NCBI GenBank assembly: GCA_964242425.1 | Contig: CAXTCK010000002.1 | Coordinates: forward strand, 1-54,503 | Origin: an uncultured Acetobacteraceae bacterium | GTDB lineage: Bacteria; Pseudomonadota; Alphaproteobacteria; Acetobacterales; Acetobacteraceae | Direction: 5' to 3' | Length of the DNA: 54,503 bases | Shown: piece by piece, positions 17,974 to 27,820 of the stretch | Position numbering within the stretch: position 1 is the stretch's first letter | How the letters are laid out: every line of letters begins with the position of its first letter | Notes under the pieces: generated by a model | The model's input: the letters and a program-made list of their open reading frames with translations, nothing else | The model's database searches: none | Told to the model about the DNA's origin: nothing | Program-made: the position numbers and the translations under genes

Positions 17974-18804
17974 TCAGAACGAGGGCAGGTGCTGCTCGAG
18001 ACGCTGGCTGCCGTGGTTCACGTCCAGCAGGGCGGCCCGTCGCGCGGCGGCGGCGTCGCGACGGCGCAGGGCGTCGAGCAGCTGGTCGTGCGGATGGCCG
18101 TCTCCGTCCAGCGGGCGGAGCGGACGGTCGAAGCTGAGCGCATAAAGCGGGCCCAGGCGCATCCATAACCCTTCCAGGGTGCGAAGGATCAGCGGCGCCC
18201 GCCCTGCCCTGCACACCAGGCGGTGGAAGGCGGCGTTGGCGTCCAGCATCGGCATGTGCTGCTGGCGCAGGTGGGCGGCGACGCACCGGGCGTTGACCTG
18301 TTCCAGCTCGTCGAGCTGCGTGTCGTCGACGAACTCCACCGCCCGCTCGGCCGCGCGCGCTTCCAGGTCGCCGCGCATCTCGGCCAGCTCGCCGAAATCG
18401 GCCTTGTTCATCACCGGCACGATCGCCGAGCCGCGCTCGTCCAGGCACAGCGCCTGCTCGGACACCAGCCGGAGCAGCGCTTCGCGCACCGGCGTCGGGC
18501 TCAGGCCCAGCTCGGCGGCCAGCGGGCGCAGGATCAGCCGGTGCCCGGGACGAAGCCGGCTGGAGGTCAGGGAACGGCGGATCTGCGCATAGGCGCGCTG
18601 GCTCAGGCTGTCGCGTCCGCCGTCGCCGGTCGGGAACGGCAGCGGGCTGGCCCCTTCGTGCGCCGGACCGGCCACATCGGGGCTGGTCGCGTCGAGACCG
18701 GCCGCACCGGGACCAGTCTCGTCAAGGATGGTCGCATCGGAACCAGCAGCGTCAAGACCGGCAGCGTCGAGACCGGCCGCGTCGGAATAAGCTCGATCGT
18801 TCAC
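17974..18804 (-). CDS. GntR (FCD) family transcriptional regulator
   Basis: LAAELGLSPTPVREALLRL, NAAFH. Likely GTG start at 18804. Confidence 0.92.
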   Translation of the reverse strand: MNDRAYSDAAGLDAAGLDAAGSDATILDETGPGAAGLDATSPDVAGPAHEGASPLPFPTGDGGRDSLSQRAYAQIRRSLTSSRLRPGHRLILRPLAAELGLSPTPVREALLRLVSEQALCLDERGSAIVPVMNKADFGELAEMRGDLEARAAERAVEFVDDTQLDELEQVNARCVAAHLRQQHMPMLDANAAFHRLVCRAGRAPLILRTLEGLWMRLGPLYALSFDRPLRPLDGDGHPHDQLLDALRRRDAAAARRAALLDVNHGSQRLEQHLPSF

Positions 18805-18870
18805 AGCCGTTCCGCCCGCTCCTGTGCCGGCTCCGAGGGGCGGAACGGCAGGTTCATCATTTCGACATGA

Positions 18871-18900
18871 ATTGTAACGGGATCGTGTGCCGCTTGTGAA
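18871..18900 (-). promoter_or_regulatory. Putative sigma70-type promoter for the GntR gene
   Basis: Minus strand TTCACA-N18-TACAAT in an AT-richer patch. Confidence 0.4.
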
Positions 18901-18954
18901 GCGCCATGTCACGCGGTTCGGGATCAGAGCAGCCATGCCGCGCCGGGGGCTCGG

Positions 18955-20778
18955 CTAGACCACGTCCTCCAGGCTCATCGCCTGCCTGGACAGCAGGTCG
19001 CGGTAAGGCCCTTCGCTGCGTTCCAGCACCGAAGGCGGCCCGTCCTGGAGCACGCGGCCGGACTGCATCACCACGATGCGGTCGAAGTCGCGCAAGGTGG
19101 ACAGGCGGTGCGCCACCGCTACCACCGTGCGGCCGACCATCAGCCGCTCCAGGGCACGCTGCACCAGCTGCTCGCTTTCGCTGTCCAGCGCGCTGGTGGC
19201 CTCGTCCAGCAGCAGGATCGGGGCGTTGCGCAGAAAGGCGCGCGCGATGGCGATGCGCTGGCGCTGTCCGCCGGACAGCTTGACGCCGCGGTCGCCCACC
19301 TCCGTGTCGAAGCCCTCGGGCATGGCCTCGATGAAGTCGCGGCAGCCGGCGGCGGCGGCGGCGGCGCGCACCTCCTCGTCCGCGGCGTCCGGCTTGCCGT
19401 AGCGGATGTTCTCCATCACCGAGCGGTGGAACAGGGACACGTCCTGCGGCACCACCGAGATCACCGCGCGCAGCGCATCCTCGGTGAGGCCGAGCAGGTC
19501 CTTGCCATCGATCAGGATGCGGCCGCCCTGGACGTAGCGCATGCGCTGCAGCAGGGCGAGCACGGTGCTCTTGCCCGAGCCGGAGCGGCCGATCAGCCCG
19601 AGGCGCGTGCCGGCCTCCACGCGCAGGCTGAAGCAGGACAGCACCGGGTCGCCGGCCGGATAGGCATAGGAAACCTGCTCGAACACCACCTCGCCGCGCG
19701 GCTCGGCGTGGAAGCCGCCGGCGTCGGCGGCGTCGGGCATGTCGTGCGGCAGAAGCAGGGTGGACAGCGCTTCCGCCAGCCGGGCCACGTGCTGGATGGT
19801 CTCGACCAGCGCCACCGCGAGGTCGCGCGTGCCGTGCAGGATCATGAAGCCCAGCGTCACCACCATCACCACGTCGCCCACGGTGGCGGCGTGGTTGCGC
19901 CACAGCAGCACCGCCCAGATCAGCAGCATCGCGGTGAGGATCGCCGTCAGCACCGCATGGATCAGGCGCAGGCGCTCCAGGTAGCGCAAGGAGGTGCCGC
20001 GCGCGTGCATCTCGCCTTCCATGCGCTGGCTGAAGCGCACCCGCTCACGGCGGGTGGCGCCGAAGGCGCGCACCAGCGGCATGTTGTTGATGATGTCGAG
20101 CAGCTCGCCGTCCACACGCGCGGCGTCGGACGCGTAGCGGTGGTGCAGCGGCCGGCCGCCGGCCGCCATGCGGAACATCAGCACCGAGATCAGGGCTGCC
20201 AGCACCACCAGCACCGCCGCCATCATCGGGCTCACGGTGATCATCAGCAGGATGGAGAAGGCGACGTTGAGGCAGGGCGGCAGCACGTTCCAGGTGGCCA
20301 GGTTCTCCAGGGTGAACATGGCGTTGGCGGTGGCGGTGATGCGGCCGGCCAGCGTGCCCGGCATGCGGTCGGCGAAATAGGACGGCGCGTGGCCGGTGAG
20401 GTGGCGGAACAGGTCGCGGCGCAGGTCGCCGGTGACGGCGACAAAGGCGTGGGTGGATACCCAGCCGCCGACCCGCCAGGCCAGGTTGTCAACGCAGATC
20501 AGCAGGCCGAGCAGGCCGACCGCGATCCACACCGGACGCATCGGCCCGCCCCGGTAGTTGGTCAGGGTGTCGACCAGGTAGTGCACGGCATAGGACGAGC
20601 CGACCACGGCGGCGACCGCCACCAGCACCGACAGGAGGATCAGCCCGTGCTGCAGCCTGTGGTGCAGCACGTAGCGGGCCATGAACGCGAGCGGCCGCGG
20701 CGCCAGGCGGATCAGGTCGGCGTCATTTATGGTGACAGCCTCATGCAGTCCCGGCTCGATCCTGCGCGTTGACGTCAT
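18955..20778 (-). CDS. ABC exporter, fused TMD and NBD (MsbA/MdlB-like)
   Basis: Several TM segments, GRSGSGKS, LSGGQRQR, LLDEATSALD. Confidence 0.95.
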   Translation of the reverse strand: MTSTRRIEPGLHEAVTINDADLIRLAPRPLAFMARYVLHHRLQHGLILLSVLVAVAAVVGSSYAVHYLVDTLTNYRGGPMRPVWIAVGLLGLLICVDNLAWRVGGWVSTHAFVAVTGDLRRDLFRHLTGHAPSYFADRMPGTLAGRITATANAMFTLENLATWNVLPPCLNVAFSILLMITVSPMMAAVLVVLAALISVLMFRMAAGGRPLHHRYASDAARVDGELLDIINNMPLVRAFGATRRERVRFSQRMEGEMHARGTSLRYLERLRLIHAVLTAILTAMLLIWAVLLWRNHAATVGDVVMVVTLGFMILHGTRDLAVALVETIQHVARLAEALSTLLLPHDMPDAADAGGFHAEPRGEVVFEQVSYAYPAGDPVLSCFSLRVEAGTRLGLIGRSGSGKSTVLALLQRMRYVQGGRILIDGKDLLGLTEDALRAVISVVPQDVSLFHRSVMENIRYGKPDAADEEVRAAAAAAGCRDFIEAMPEGFDTEVGDRGVKLSGGQRQRIAIARAFLRNAPILLLDEATSALDSESEQLVQRALERLMVGRTVVAVAHRLSTLRDFDRIVVMQSGRVLQDGPPSVLERSEGPYRDLLSRQAMSLEDVV

Positions 20779-20933
20779 GCGCCATCCTTTCGGTTGAAGC
20801 GGATGCCCGCATGCGGCCGGATTATCGTCCGATCGGCCATAACAACCAATTAATCCACTCGCGTGACGTTGGTGCCAAAAAAATGCCTCGTTCGTGGCGT
20901 TGATAGGGCACGATAAGCCGCAAAGGAGTGTAC

Positions 20934-22001
20934 ATGCGTATCGCCCAGATCGCCCCTCTCCACGAGGCCGTGCCGCCCAAGCTGTATGGCGGCACCGAGC
21001 GTGTTGTATCGTTCCTGACCGAGGAGCTGGTCAATCTCGGCCATGACGTGACCCTGTTCGCCAGCGGCGACAGCGTCACCACGGCCAACCTGCACCCGTG
21101 CTGGCCGCGCGCACTTCGTCTGGATCCGGCGATACGCGACCCGATCGCCCCGCACATGCTGATGATGGAGCAGGTGGCGCAGCGGCTCGACCAGTTCGAC
21201 GTGCTGCACTTCCACATGGACTACTGGCCGTTCACCCACTTCTCGCGCCAATCGGTGCCCTACGTCACCACCATGCACGGCCGGCTGGACCTGCCCGAGC
21301 TGCAGCCGGTGTTCGACGCGTTCCCGGGCGTGCCCGTGGTGTCGATCTCGGACAGCCAGCGGCGCCCGCTCGCCCGCGCCAACTTCGTGCGCACCGTGCT
21401 GCACGGCCTGCCGGAGCACCTGCTGACGCCGCAGGGCAACCCGGACGGCAGCGACCGCTCCTACCTCGCGTTCCTGGGCCGGATCTGCCCGGAAAAGGGC
21501 GTGGACAAGGCGATCCGCATCGCACGCGCGGTCGGCATCCCGCTCAAGATCGCGGCCAAGGTGGACAAGGTCGACACCGAGTACTTCGAGACCGTGATCC
21601 GGCCGATGCTGGGTGCCGGCGTGGAGCTGATCGGCGAGATCAACGACGGGCAGAAGGCGGGCTTCCTGAGCGGCGCCCGTGGCCTGCTGATGCCGATCGA
21701 CTGGCCCGAGCCGTTCGGTCTGGTGATGATCGAGGCGATGGCCTGCGGCACGCCGGTGATCGCGTTCAACCGCGGCTCGGTGCCGGAAGTGATCGAGGAC
21801 GGGCTGACCGGGCTGATCGTGGAGGACGAGACCAGCGCGATCGGCGCCATCGCCCGGCTGCACACGCTTCGGCCGGCGGCGATCCGCACCCGGTTCGAGA
21901 CGCGGTTCACCGCCCGGCGCATGGCGGACGACTATCTCGGCATCTACCGGCAGCTGGCGGTGCAGCATCGTCCGAACCTGCGTCTGGTATCGGGCGAATA
22001 G
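20934..22001 (+). CDS. Glycosyltransferase family 4
   Basis: AAGGAG RBS; VPPKLYGGTERVV, FLGRICPEKG, WPEPFGLVMIEAMACG. Confidence 0.95.
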   Translation: MRIAQIAPLHEAVPPKLYGGTERVVSFLTEELVNLGHDVTLFASGDSVTTANLHPCWPRALRLDPAIRDPIAPHMLMMEQVAQRLDQFDVLHFHMDYWPFTHFSRQSVPYVTTMHGRLDLPELQPVFDAFPGVPVVSISDSQRRPLARANFVRTVLHGLPEHLLTPQGNPDGSDRSYLAFLGRICPEKGVDKAIRIARAVGIPLKIAAKVDKVDTEYFETVIRPMLGAGVELIGEINDGQKAGFLSGARGLLMPIDWPEPFGLVMIEAMACGTPVIAFNRGSVPEVIEDGLTGLIVEDETSAIGAIARLHTLRPAAIRTRFETRFTARRMADDYLGIYRQLAVQHRPNLRLVSGE

Positions 22002-22006
22002 GATCC

Positions 22007-22039
22007 GGTGGGCGGATGCCGGAAAGGCGCCCGCCCATC
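22007..22039. terminator. Hairpin between convergent genes
   Basis: GGTGGGCGGATGCC-ggaaa-GGCGCCCGCCCATC imperfect inverted repeat. Confidence 0.5.
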
Positions 22040-22052
22040 GGAATATCGGGGC

Positions 22053-22415
22053 TCACTCCAGACCGAGCAGCTCCACGTCGAAGATCAGGGTGGCGTTCGG
22101 CGGGATCGCCCGTCCGGCGCCGCGGGCGCCGTAGCCGTGCTCGGGCGGCAGCACCAGGATGCGCCGGCCGCCGACACGCATGCTGGCGACGCCGAGGTCC
22201 CAGCCCGAGATCACCTGCCCGACGCCGAGGGTGAAGCGGAACGGCGTGCCGCGGTCGCGCGAGCTGTCGAACTTCGCCCCTTCCTTGCCGTCCTCGTCGA
22301 GCCAGCCGGTGTAGTGCACCACCACGGTCTGCCCCGACGCCGGCGTCTCGCCCTGCCCTTCGACCTCGTCGCGATAACGGATGCCGTTCGGCAGGGTGAT
22401 GAAGTCGGTGTCCAT
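22053..22415 (-). CDS. FKBP-type peptidyl-prolyl isomerase
   Basis: VHYTGWL, FDSSRDRG, VISGWD, IPPNATLIFDVELL. Confidence 0.97.
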   Translation of the reverse strand: MDTDFITLPNGIRYRDEVEGQGETPASGQTVVVHYTGWLDEDGKEGAKFDSSRDRGTPFRFTLGVGQVISGWDLGVASMRVGGRRILVLPPEHGYGARGAGRAIPPNATLIFDVELLGLE

Positions 22416-22508
22416 GGCAGTGCTCCGGGTTGAACGGGGCGGTGGTTCTAGCAGCGGGAGGCGCGGATGCCGAGCCATGCGCCGGATGCGCGCCCCCGCC
22501 CGTCCCGG

Positions 22509-22895
22509 CTAGCCGAACGATGTCGGCCCGACCGCGCCGTGCCAGTGCTTCACCTTGGCGCCGTCGGCGTCCATGACGAAGAAGTGCGTCATGGTCGGGT
22601 GGACGGTCTGGCCGCCGTCGTCCGGCGTCATCGCCACCGTGCCGCGGAACACCTTCAGGGTGCCCCCGTCCCAGTACTCCTTGACCTCGTGCAGCGCGGT
22701 GAAGCCGGTGTCGATGAACGCGCGCAGGTTGCTGCGGATCGCCTCGCGGCCGTGCCAGTCGGCGACGCCGAGGTTGCACACCGCGTCGTCGGCGAGGCAG
22801 TCGAAGCCGCTGCCGAAGGTCTTGTCGTCGATCTCCTTCCAGAAGGCCAGCAGCCAGTCCGGAGCGGGCTTCTTCTGGAACGTCCTGGTGTCCAT
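22509..22895 (-). CDS. SnoaL/NTF2-like protein
   Basis: GAAGGA RBS before MDTRTF; LADDAV, GREAIR pattern. It is the C-terminal part of the long track ORF 22509..23957. Confidence 0.8.
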   Translation of the reverse strand: MDTRTFQKKPAPDWLLAFWKEIDDKTFGSGFDCLADDAVCNLGVADWHGREAIRSNLRAFIDTGFTALHEVKEYWDGGTLKVFRGTVAMTPDDGGQTVHPTMTHFFVMDADGAKVKHWHGAVGPTSFG

Positions 22896-23165
22896 GGGAT
22901 TATCCTTCACCGATGTCGCCCGCCTCGCGCGCCCGGAAACGGGTGCCGCCTGGCGGTTGCGGGTGCTGCGCCGAACCCCCTGATGGTTCCGGCGCCGATG
23001 CAGCGGAGAATGGTGCCAGGCGCGGTCGGCGCTCAATGACGCCGGAGGTAATCCGGCGGCGAAAACAGCCGACGCACCAGAACCGCTTTGGCGCGCGCGC
23101 ACGGCTTGACGGGAAACCATGCGGCTGCGAACCGGATGCGAACGGCAGGCGGAGCCCGACCCAGG

Positions 23166-24005
23166 ATGACGACCGACATCGAACGGGGTGGCGGCGGGCT
23201 CGGCGTGCTGCTGCGCGACTGGCGCCGCGTGCGCGGCTTGAGCCAGCTCGACCTCGCGCTGGAGGCGGAGGTGTCGCAGCGCCACCTGAGCTTCATCGAA
23301 ACCGGTCGGAGCGCCCCCAGCCGGGACACGCTCGGCCGCCTTGCGGACGCGCTGCGCATCCCGTTCCGCGACCGCAACCCGCTGGTCCTGGCGGCCGGGT
23401 ACGCTCCGGACCACGCCGAGGACAGGCTCGACCAGCCGGAGATGCGCCAGGTGACCGCGGCGCTGGAGCGCATGCTCCGGCAGCACGAGCCGTTCCCGGC
23501 CTTCGTGCTGGACCGCTACTGGGACGTGGTGATGGCGAACGACGCGGCGCGGCGCTTCCTGAACCGGTTCTTCGACCTCGACGCGCTGCCCAGACCGCGC
23601 AACCTCCTGCGGATCATGTTCGGCGCCGAGGCGATGCGGCCGTTCGTGCGCGACTGGGCCGACGTGGCGCGGGCGTTGATCGGACGCGTGCACCGCGAGG
23701 CGACGGCGCAGGTGCTGGACCGGCGGACGCGCGCCCTGATCGACGAGCTCATGAGCCATCCCGGCGTCAGGCCCGACTGGCGCCGCACCACCAGGACCGC
23801 CGGCAGCCCGGTGGTGCCGATCGGCTTCGACCATGCCGGGACGGCGCTGAACTACTTCTCCATGGTCTCGGTGGTGGGAACGCCGTTGTCCATCCTCACC
23901 CAGGAACTGCGCGTGGAATGCATGTTCCCGGCCGACGACCATACCGAGGCGCGCCACCTGGCCCTGATGGCCGGGACGCCGGGCGACCGGCGCCCGGGCG
24001 GCTAG
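23166..24005 (+). CDS. XRE-HTH regulator with MmyB-like ligand-binding domain
   Basis: SQLDLALEAEVSQRHLSFIETGRS, HEPFPAFVLDRYWD, QELRVECMFPAD. Confidence 0.92.
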   Translation: MTTDIERGGGGLGVLLRDWRRVRGLSQLDLALEAEVSQRHLSFIETGRSAPSRDTLGRLADALRIPFRDRNPLVLAAGYAPDHAEDRLDQPEMRQVTAALERMLRQHEPFPAFVLDRYWDVVMANDAARRFLNRFFDLDALPRPRNLLRIMFGAEAMRPFVRDWADVARALIGRVHREATAQVLDRRTRALIDELMSHPGVRPDWRRTTRTAGSPVVPIGFDHAGTALNYFSMVSVVGTPLSILTQELRVECMFPADDHTEARHLALMAGTPGDRRPGG

Positions 24006-24023
24006 AACACCGGCGTCCGCGGC

Positions 24024-25151
24024 TCAGGGCTTGGTGTCCGCCTTGACGGCGCCGCGCTCACCCGGCGGCTTGTCCGGGCCGACGGTGGAGTCGCGCCCGG
24101 TCTGCTGTTCCAGCTCGGCGTTCAGCTCGGCGCCCATCAGGATCACGATGGAGGAGATCCAGATCCAGGTCATGAAGCCGACCACGGCGCCGAGCGAGCC
24201 ATAGGTCTTGTTGTAGCTGCCGAAGTGGCTGACGTAGAACGAGAAGCCGATCGACACGAGCACCCAGCCCACCGACGCCGCCGCCGCCCCCCAGCTGATC
24301 CACTGCCAGCGGGCAATGCTGCGGCTCGGCCCGTAGCGGTAGATCAGGCTCAGCGCGCCGATGAGCACCACCAGCATGACCGGCCAGCGGCCGAGGCCGA
24401 GCAGCGTGTCGGCGACGCTGCCGAGGCCGATGGTGTTGAGCACGATCGGCAGGGCGACCACCGCCAGCAGCGCCAGGATCAGGAACGCGATCATGCCCAG
24501 GGTGAAGCACAGCGACACCAGGGTCAGCCGAACGAAGCTGCGAGTCTCGTGCTCGTGGTAGACCACGTTCAGGGCGTCGAACAGCGACTTCATCCCGGCA
24601 TTGGCGCTCCACAGGGAGGTGAGAAGCCCGACGATGGCGCCGAGGCCGAGCGCCTTGGAGCCGCTGGAGGTCAGGGCGCCGACCTGCTGCTTGATGATGT
24701 CGATGCCGCCTCCGGGAACCACCCCGTTCAGGCTGGCGAGCTGGTCGCCCAGGTGGCTCGGGTCGGTGAACAGGCCATAGATCGAGATCAGGCTGGCGAG
24801 CGCCGGGAACAGCGCCAGCAGGCCGTAGAAGGTGATGCTGGCGGCTTCGGCCATGATCCGGTCGTCGTTGAAGCCGGTGACCGCGCGCTTGGCGACCGCC
24901 CACCAGCCCTTGGCCGGGATCTGCTGCGGCGCCTCGGCATCGGCGCCGGCGCGGTTCTCGTTCGGCTTGGAAGCTTCCGCCTTGCGCCCGTTGGCCTCCG
25001 GGGCCGCCTCGTCCTGCAGCGGCTCGGGCCGCCTTCCCTGCTGCTGCGGCGCAGAAACAGTGCGCGGTTGTCCGGCCGGGCGGGGCAGGAGCAGGCCGAC
25101 CGCGGCGAGGCCGATCAGGAGGACCAGATTGGGACGGCCGGACTTGGTCAT
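24024..25151 (-). CDS. YihY/BrkB-family membrane protein
   Basis: AASITFYGLLALFP, YRYGP, SYNKTYGSLG, GAELNAE. Confidence 0.93.
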   Translation of the reverse strand: MTKSGRPNLVLLIGLAAVGLLLPRPAGQPRTVSAPQQQGRRPEPLQDEAAPEANGRKAEASKPNENRAGADAEAPQQIPAKGWWAVAKRAVTGFNDDRIMAEAASITFYGLLALFPALASLISIYGLFTDPSHLGDQLASLNGVVPGGGIDIIKQQVGALTSSGSKALGLGAIVGLLTSLWSANAGMKSLFDALNVVYHEHETRSFVRLTLVSLCFTLGMIAFLILALLAVVALPIVLNTIGLGSVADTLLGLGRWPVMLVVLIGALSLIYRYGPSRSIARWQWISWGAAAASVGWVLVSIGFSFYVSHFGSYNKTYGSLGAVVGFMTWIWISSIVILMGAELNAELEQQTGRDSTVGPDKPPGERGAVKADTKP

Positions 25152-25226
25152 TCGAAAACGGTTCCGTTCGTTGCCCAGGCGCAAGCGTTCCATCGGCCGC
25201 CCGGTTGCGCCGGCCGATGCGGAGGG

Positions 25227-26531
25227 TCAGGTGGCCAGCGGATGCACCGTCGCGGCATCCGGGCGCCGCAACGATGTCTGTCTGCCCTCGCCTGCCTCCG
25301 TCAGCAGCCGGGCGACGCGCAGCGGCACCGGCGGGTGGCTGTCGTGCACCAGCGAGAACCACGGGTCGGGCGTCAGGGTGGACGCGTTGTCGCGGGCGAG
25401 GCGGGTGAGCGCCGACACCATGGGCCGCGCCCCCACCATGCGACGCGCGAACGCGTCGGCCTGGAACTCGTGCCGGCGCGACAGGGCGTTGCCGGCGAGG
25501 CCCAGCAGCGGCGACAGGACGCCCGCCAGAAGCATCGCCAGGATCAGGCTCAGCACCGGGTCGGGATGGCGCACGCCGAATTCCGGCAGGAGCCAGGGCT
25601 GGCGCGCAAGCCAGCCGATCGCGGCCAGCAGGCCGAACAGGAAGGCCGTGCCGCGAAGCAGCCCGGTCAGGGTGTGGCGGTGGTGGAAATGGCCGAGCTC
25701 GTGCGCCACCACCGCCTGGATCTCCGCGGGCGTGTGGGCGTCGAGCAGGGTGTCGAACAGCACGATGCGCTTGGTCGGCCCCCAGCCGATGAAGTAGGCG
25801 TTGCCCCGGCTGGAGCGGCGCGACGCGTCCATCTCGAACAGCCCGCCGGAGCGGAACCCGGTGCGGGCGAGCAGCGCCTCGATCGGGCCGGCCATCTCGG
25901 CGCGGAGCGGCGTGAAGCGGTTGAACAAGGGAGCGACGAGGCGGACGTGGATGGTCGGCGCCAGCAGCATCGCGGCGGTCAGCGCGGCCCAGGTCCAGAG
26001 CCACCATGGCCCGTGCAGGGCCTGCATCGCCCACAGGATGCCGGCCAGGATCGGGCCGCCGATCGCGGCGGTGAGCAGCGAGGCCACAAGCGTGTCGCGC
26101 AGGAACAAGGCCGGACCACGACGGTTGAAGCCGTGCCGCTGTTCCAGCACCAGGGTGCGCCAGGCGGCCAGCGGCAGGCTCAGCAGGCCGGATGCGAGCC
26201 ACAGCACGGCGGCGATCGCCAGGCTGCGGGACAGCGAGGGGGCGATGCGCGCCGACACCAGGCCGGACACGAGGTCGAGGCCCCAGACCAGGGCGACGAT
26301 GCCGACGAGCAGGTCGAGCACGGCGGACACGGCACCGAAGCGGAGACGGTCAAGGCCATAGGCGACCGCCTTGCGATGGTCGGCCGCCGACACGGCATCG
26401 GCGAAAGCGGGCGGGACCGCCTGGCTGCCGTCGCGTATCGCCCTCGCCTGGCGCCGGTCGAGCAGCAGCCCGGTGCCGGTACGAAGCACGGACCACGCGA
26501 CAAGAACCACAAGCAGGACCGGCATCCTCAC
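25227..26531 (-). CDS. M48 (Ste24-like) membrane zinc protease
   Basis: NAYFIG, HELGH, RRHEFQAD, SHPP. Confidence 0.93.
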   Translation of the reverse strand: MRMPVLLVVLVAWSVLRTGTGLLLDRRQARAIRDGSQAVPPAFADAVSAADHRKAVAYGLDRLRFGAVSAVLDLLVGIVALVWGLDLVSGLVSARIAPSLSRSLAIAAVLWLASGLLSLPLAAWRTLVLEQRHGFNRRGPALFLRDTLVASLLTAAIGGPILAGILWAMQALHGPWWLWTWAALTAAMLLAPTIHVRLVAPLFNRFTPLRAEMAGPIEALLARTGFRSGGLFEMDASRRSSRGNAYFIGWGPTKRIVLFDTLLDAHTPAEIQAVVAHELGHFHHRHTLTGLLRGTAFLFGLLAAIGWLARQPWLLPEFGVRHPDPVLSLILAMLLAGVLSPLLGLAGNALSRRHEFQADAFARRMVGARPMVSALTRLARDNASTLTPDPWFSLVHDSHPPVPLRVARLLTEAGEGRQTSLRRPDAATVHPLAT

Positions 26532-26802
26532 CGGCCCGGCCTCGGCGGCGCGGCGGAGGCGTTTCCCTGGGCGCCGGCCACCCGTGCGGGTTGATCCCGG
26601 GCTCGGGACGACAGGACCCGGCTTTGGAACAGGACGGGACGCATACGGGCTCCGTTGCAGGGCAGCAGCATTGCAGAGGTGAAATTAGGAGGATTGCCAC
26701 GAAATGCCCAGCGGTAGCACGCGGCCGGCGGCGGGCAGCGCGTCCTCAGGGATCGTCGACAGGCGGCGCAGCGGACCGGGCCGTGGACACCTCGCCGCGG
26801 CT

Positions 26803-26832
26803 GCTACCGGCTACCGGCTACCGGCTACCGGC
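26803..26832. repeat. Perfect 7-bp tandem repeat (GCTACCG)x4
   Basis: gctaccg four times, overlapping the TAG stop (26825-26827) of the GlxA-family gene. Confidence 0.9.
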
Positions 26833-27820
26833 CGATGCTTCCACGTGCTTCCGATGGCGCCGTCGCATGAAAGCGTTTCCAGACCCGGCGCATGTGCCGG
26901 GACGAGGCGAAGCCCGCCCGCTCGGCCACCTGCTCCATCGCGAGGTTGGTGCGTCCGATCAGGTCGCGTGCGAGTGCGACGCGGTTCCGGCTGATGCTGT
27001 CCGTGACGCTCATGCCGGCATGCACCGAGAACAACCGGGACAGGTTGCGCGGGCTGGCGCCGGCGACCCGTCCCAAGCCGGCGAGCGACCAGTTCCGCGT
27101 CGGGTCGGCGGCAATGGCGTCCTGCGCGCGATGCACGACGGGATGAAGGTGGCTGCGCCCTTCCAGCCACGGCGAGAGCTGCGGATCGTCGGCGCCGCGG
27201 CGCATGTAGACCACCAGGCTGCGGGCGGTGGCGACGGAAGCCGCCGGGCCGGCCCACAGCGAAACCAAATGGAGCATCAGGTCCACCCCGGCGGTCACGC
27301 CGGCGCTGCTGAACCGATCGCGGTCCTCGACGAACAGCCGGTTCTCCAGCACCCGCGCCCGCGGCGCGATGGCCGCGAGCCGGGCACAGCTTTCGTGGTG
27401 GGTGGTGCAGGCGTAGCCATCGAGCAATCCCGCCCGCGCCGCCAGCAGCGCGCCGTCGCACACCGTCACCAGCCTGTGTCCGGGCCGCACCATGTCGCGC
27501 AGCCAGAACACGATCCGCGCCTCCGCCTCGGCATCGTCGTTCCGGTCGGAGGGTGGTCCGAGGGCGCAACCGACCGAGCCCGGCACCAGGATGACGGTGC
27601 CGGGCTCGACCGTCTCCGGCAGCGGGCCGGCACCGCCCAGCGTCAGGCCGATCGAGCTGCGGGTGACGGCCCGGGAGGCCGCGAAGGCGATCCCGAAGCC
27701 GACGCGGTCCTGCACGTCGCCGGCGATCCGGAGCACCTCCAGCGGGCCGGCGAGGTCCAGCAGCAGCGCACGCGGCGGCAGCACCACCAGGACGGGGATG
27801 TGCTGTCGCGCGCCGGTCAT
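26825..27820 (-). CDS. GlxA-family (DJ-1/PfpI plus AraC) regulator
   Basis: DLAGPLEV, VCDGA, TTHH, SSAGVTAGVD, AERAGF. ATGA overlap with the upstream gene. Confidence 0.92.
   Translation of the reverse strand: MTGARQHIPVLVVLPPRALLLDLAGPLEVLRIAGDVQDRVGFGIAFAASRAVTRSSIGLTLGGAGPLPETVEPGTVILVPGSVGCALGPPSDRNDDAEAEARIVFWLRDMVRPGHRLVTVCDGALLAARAGLLDGYACTTHHESCARLAAIAPRARVLENRLFVEDRDRFSSAGVTAGVDLMLHLVSLWAGPAASVATARSLVVYMRRGADDPQLSPWLEGRSHLHPVVHRAQDAIAADPTRNWSLAGLGRVAGASPRNLSRLFSVHAGMSVTDSISRNRVALARDLIGRTNLAMEQVAERAGFASSRHMRRVWKRFHATAPSEARGSIGR

Noticed and set aside
26528-26672. Possible upstream ORF ending in a GTGA overlap with the M48 protease start
   Set aside because: No clear RBS, and composition is typical of random GC-rich frames; no riboswitch recognised either.
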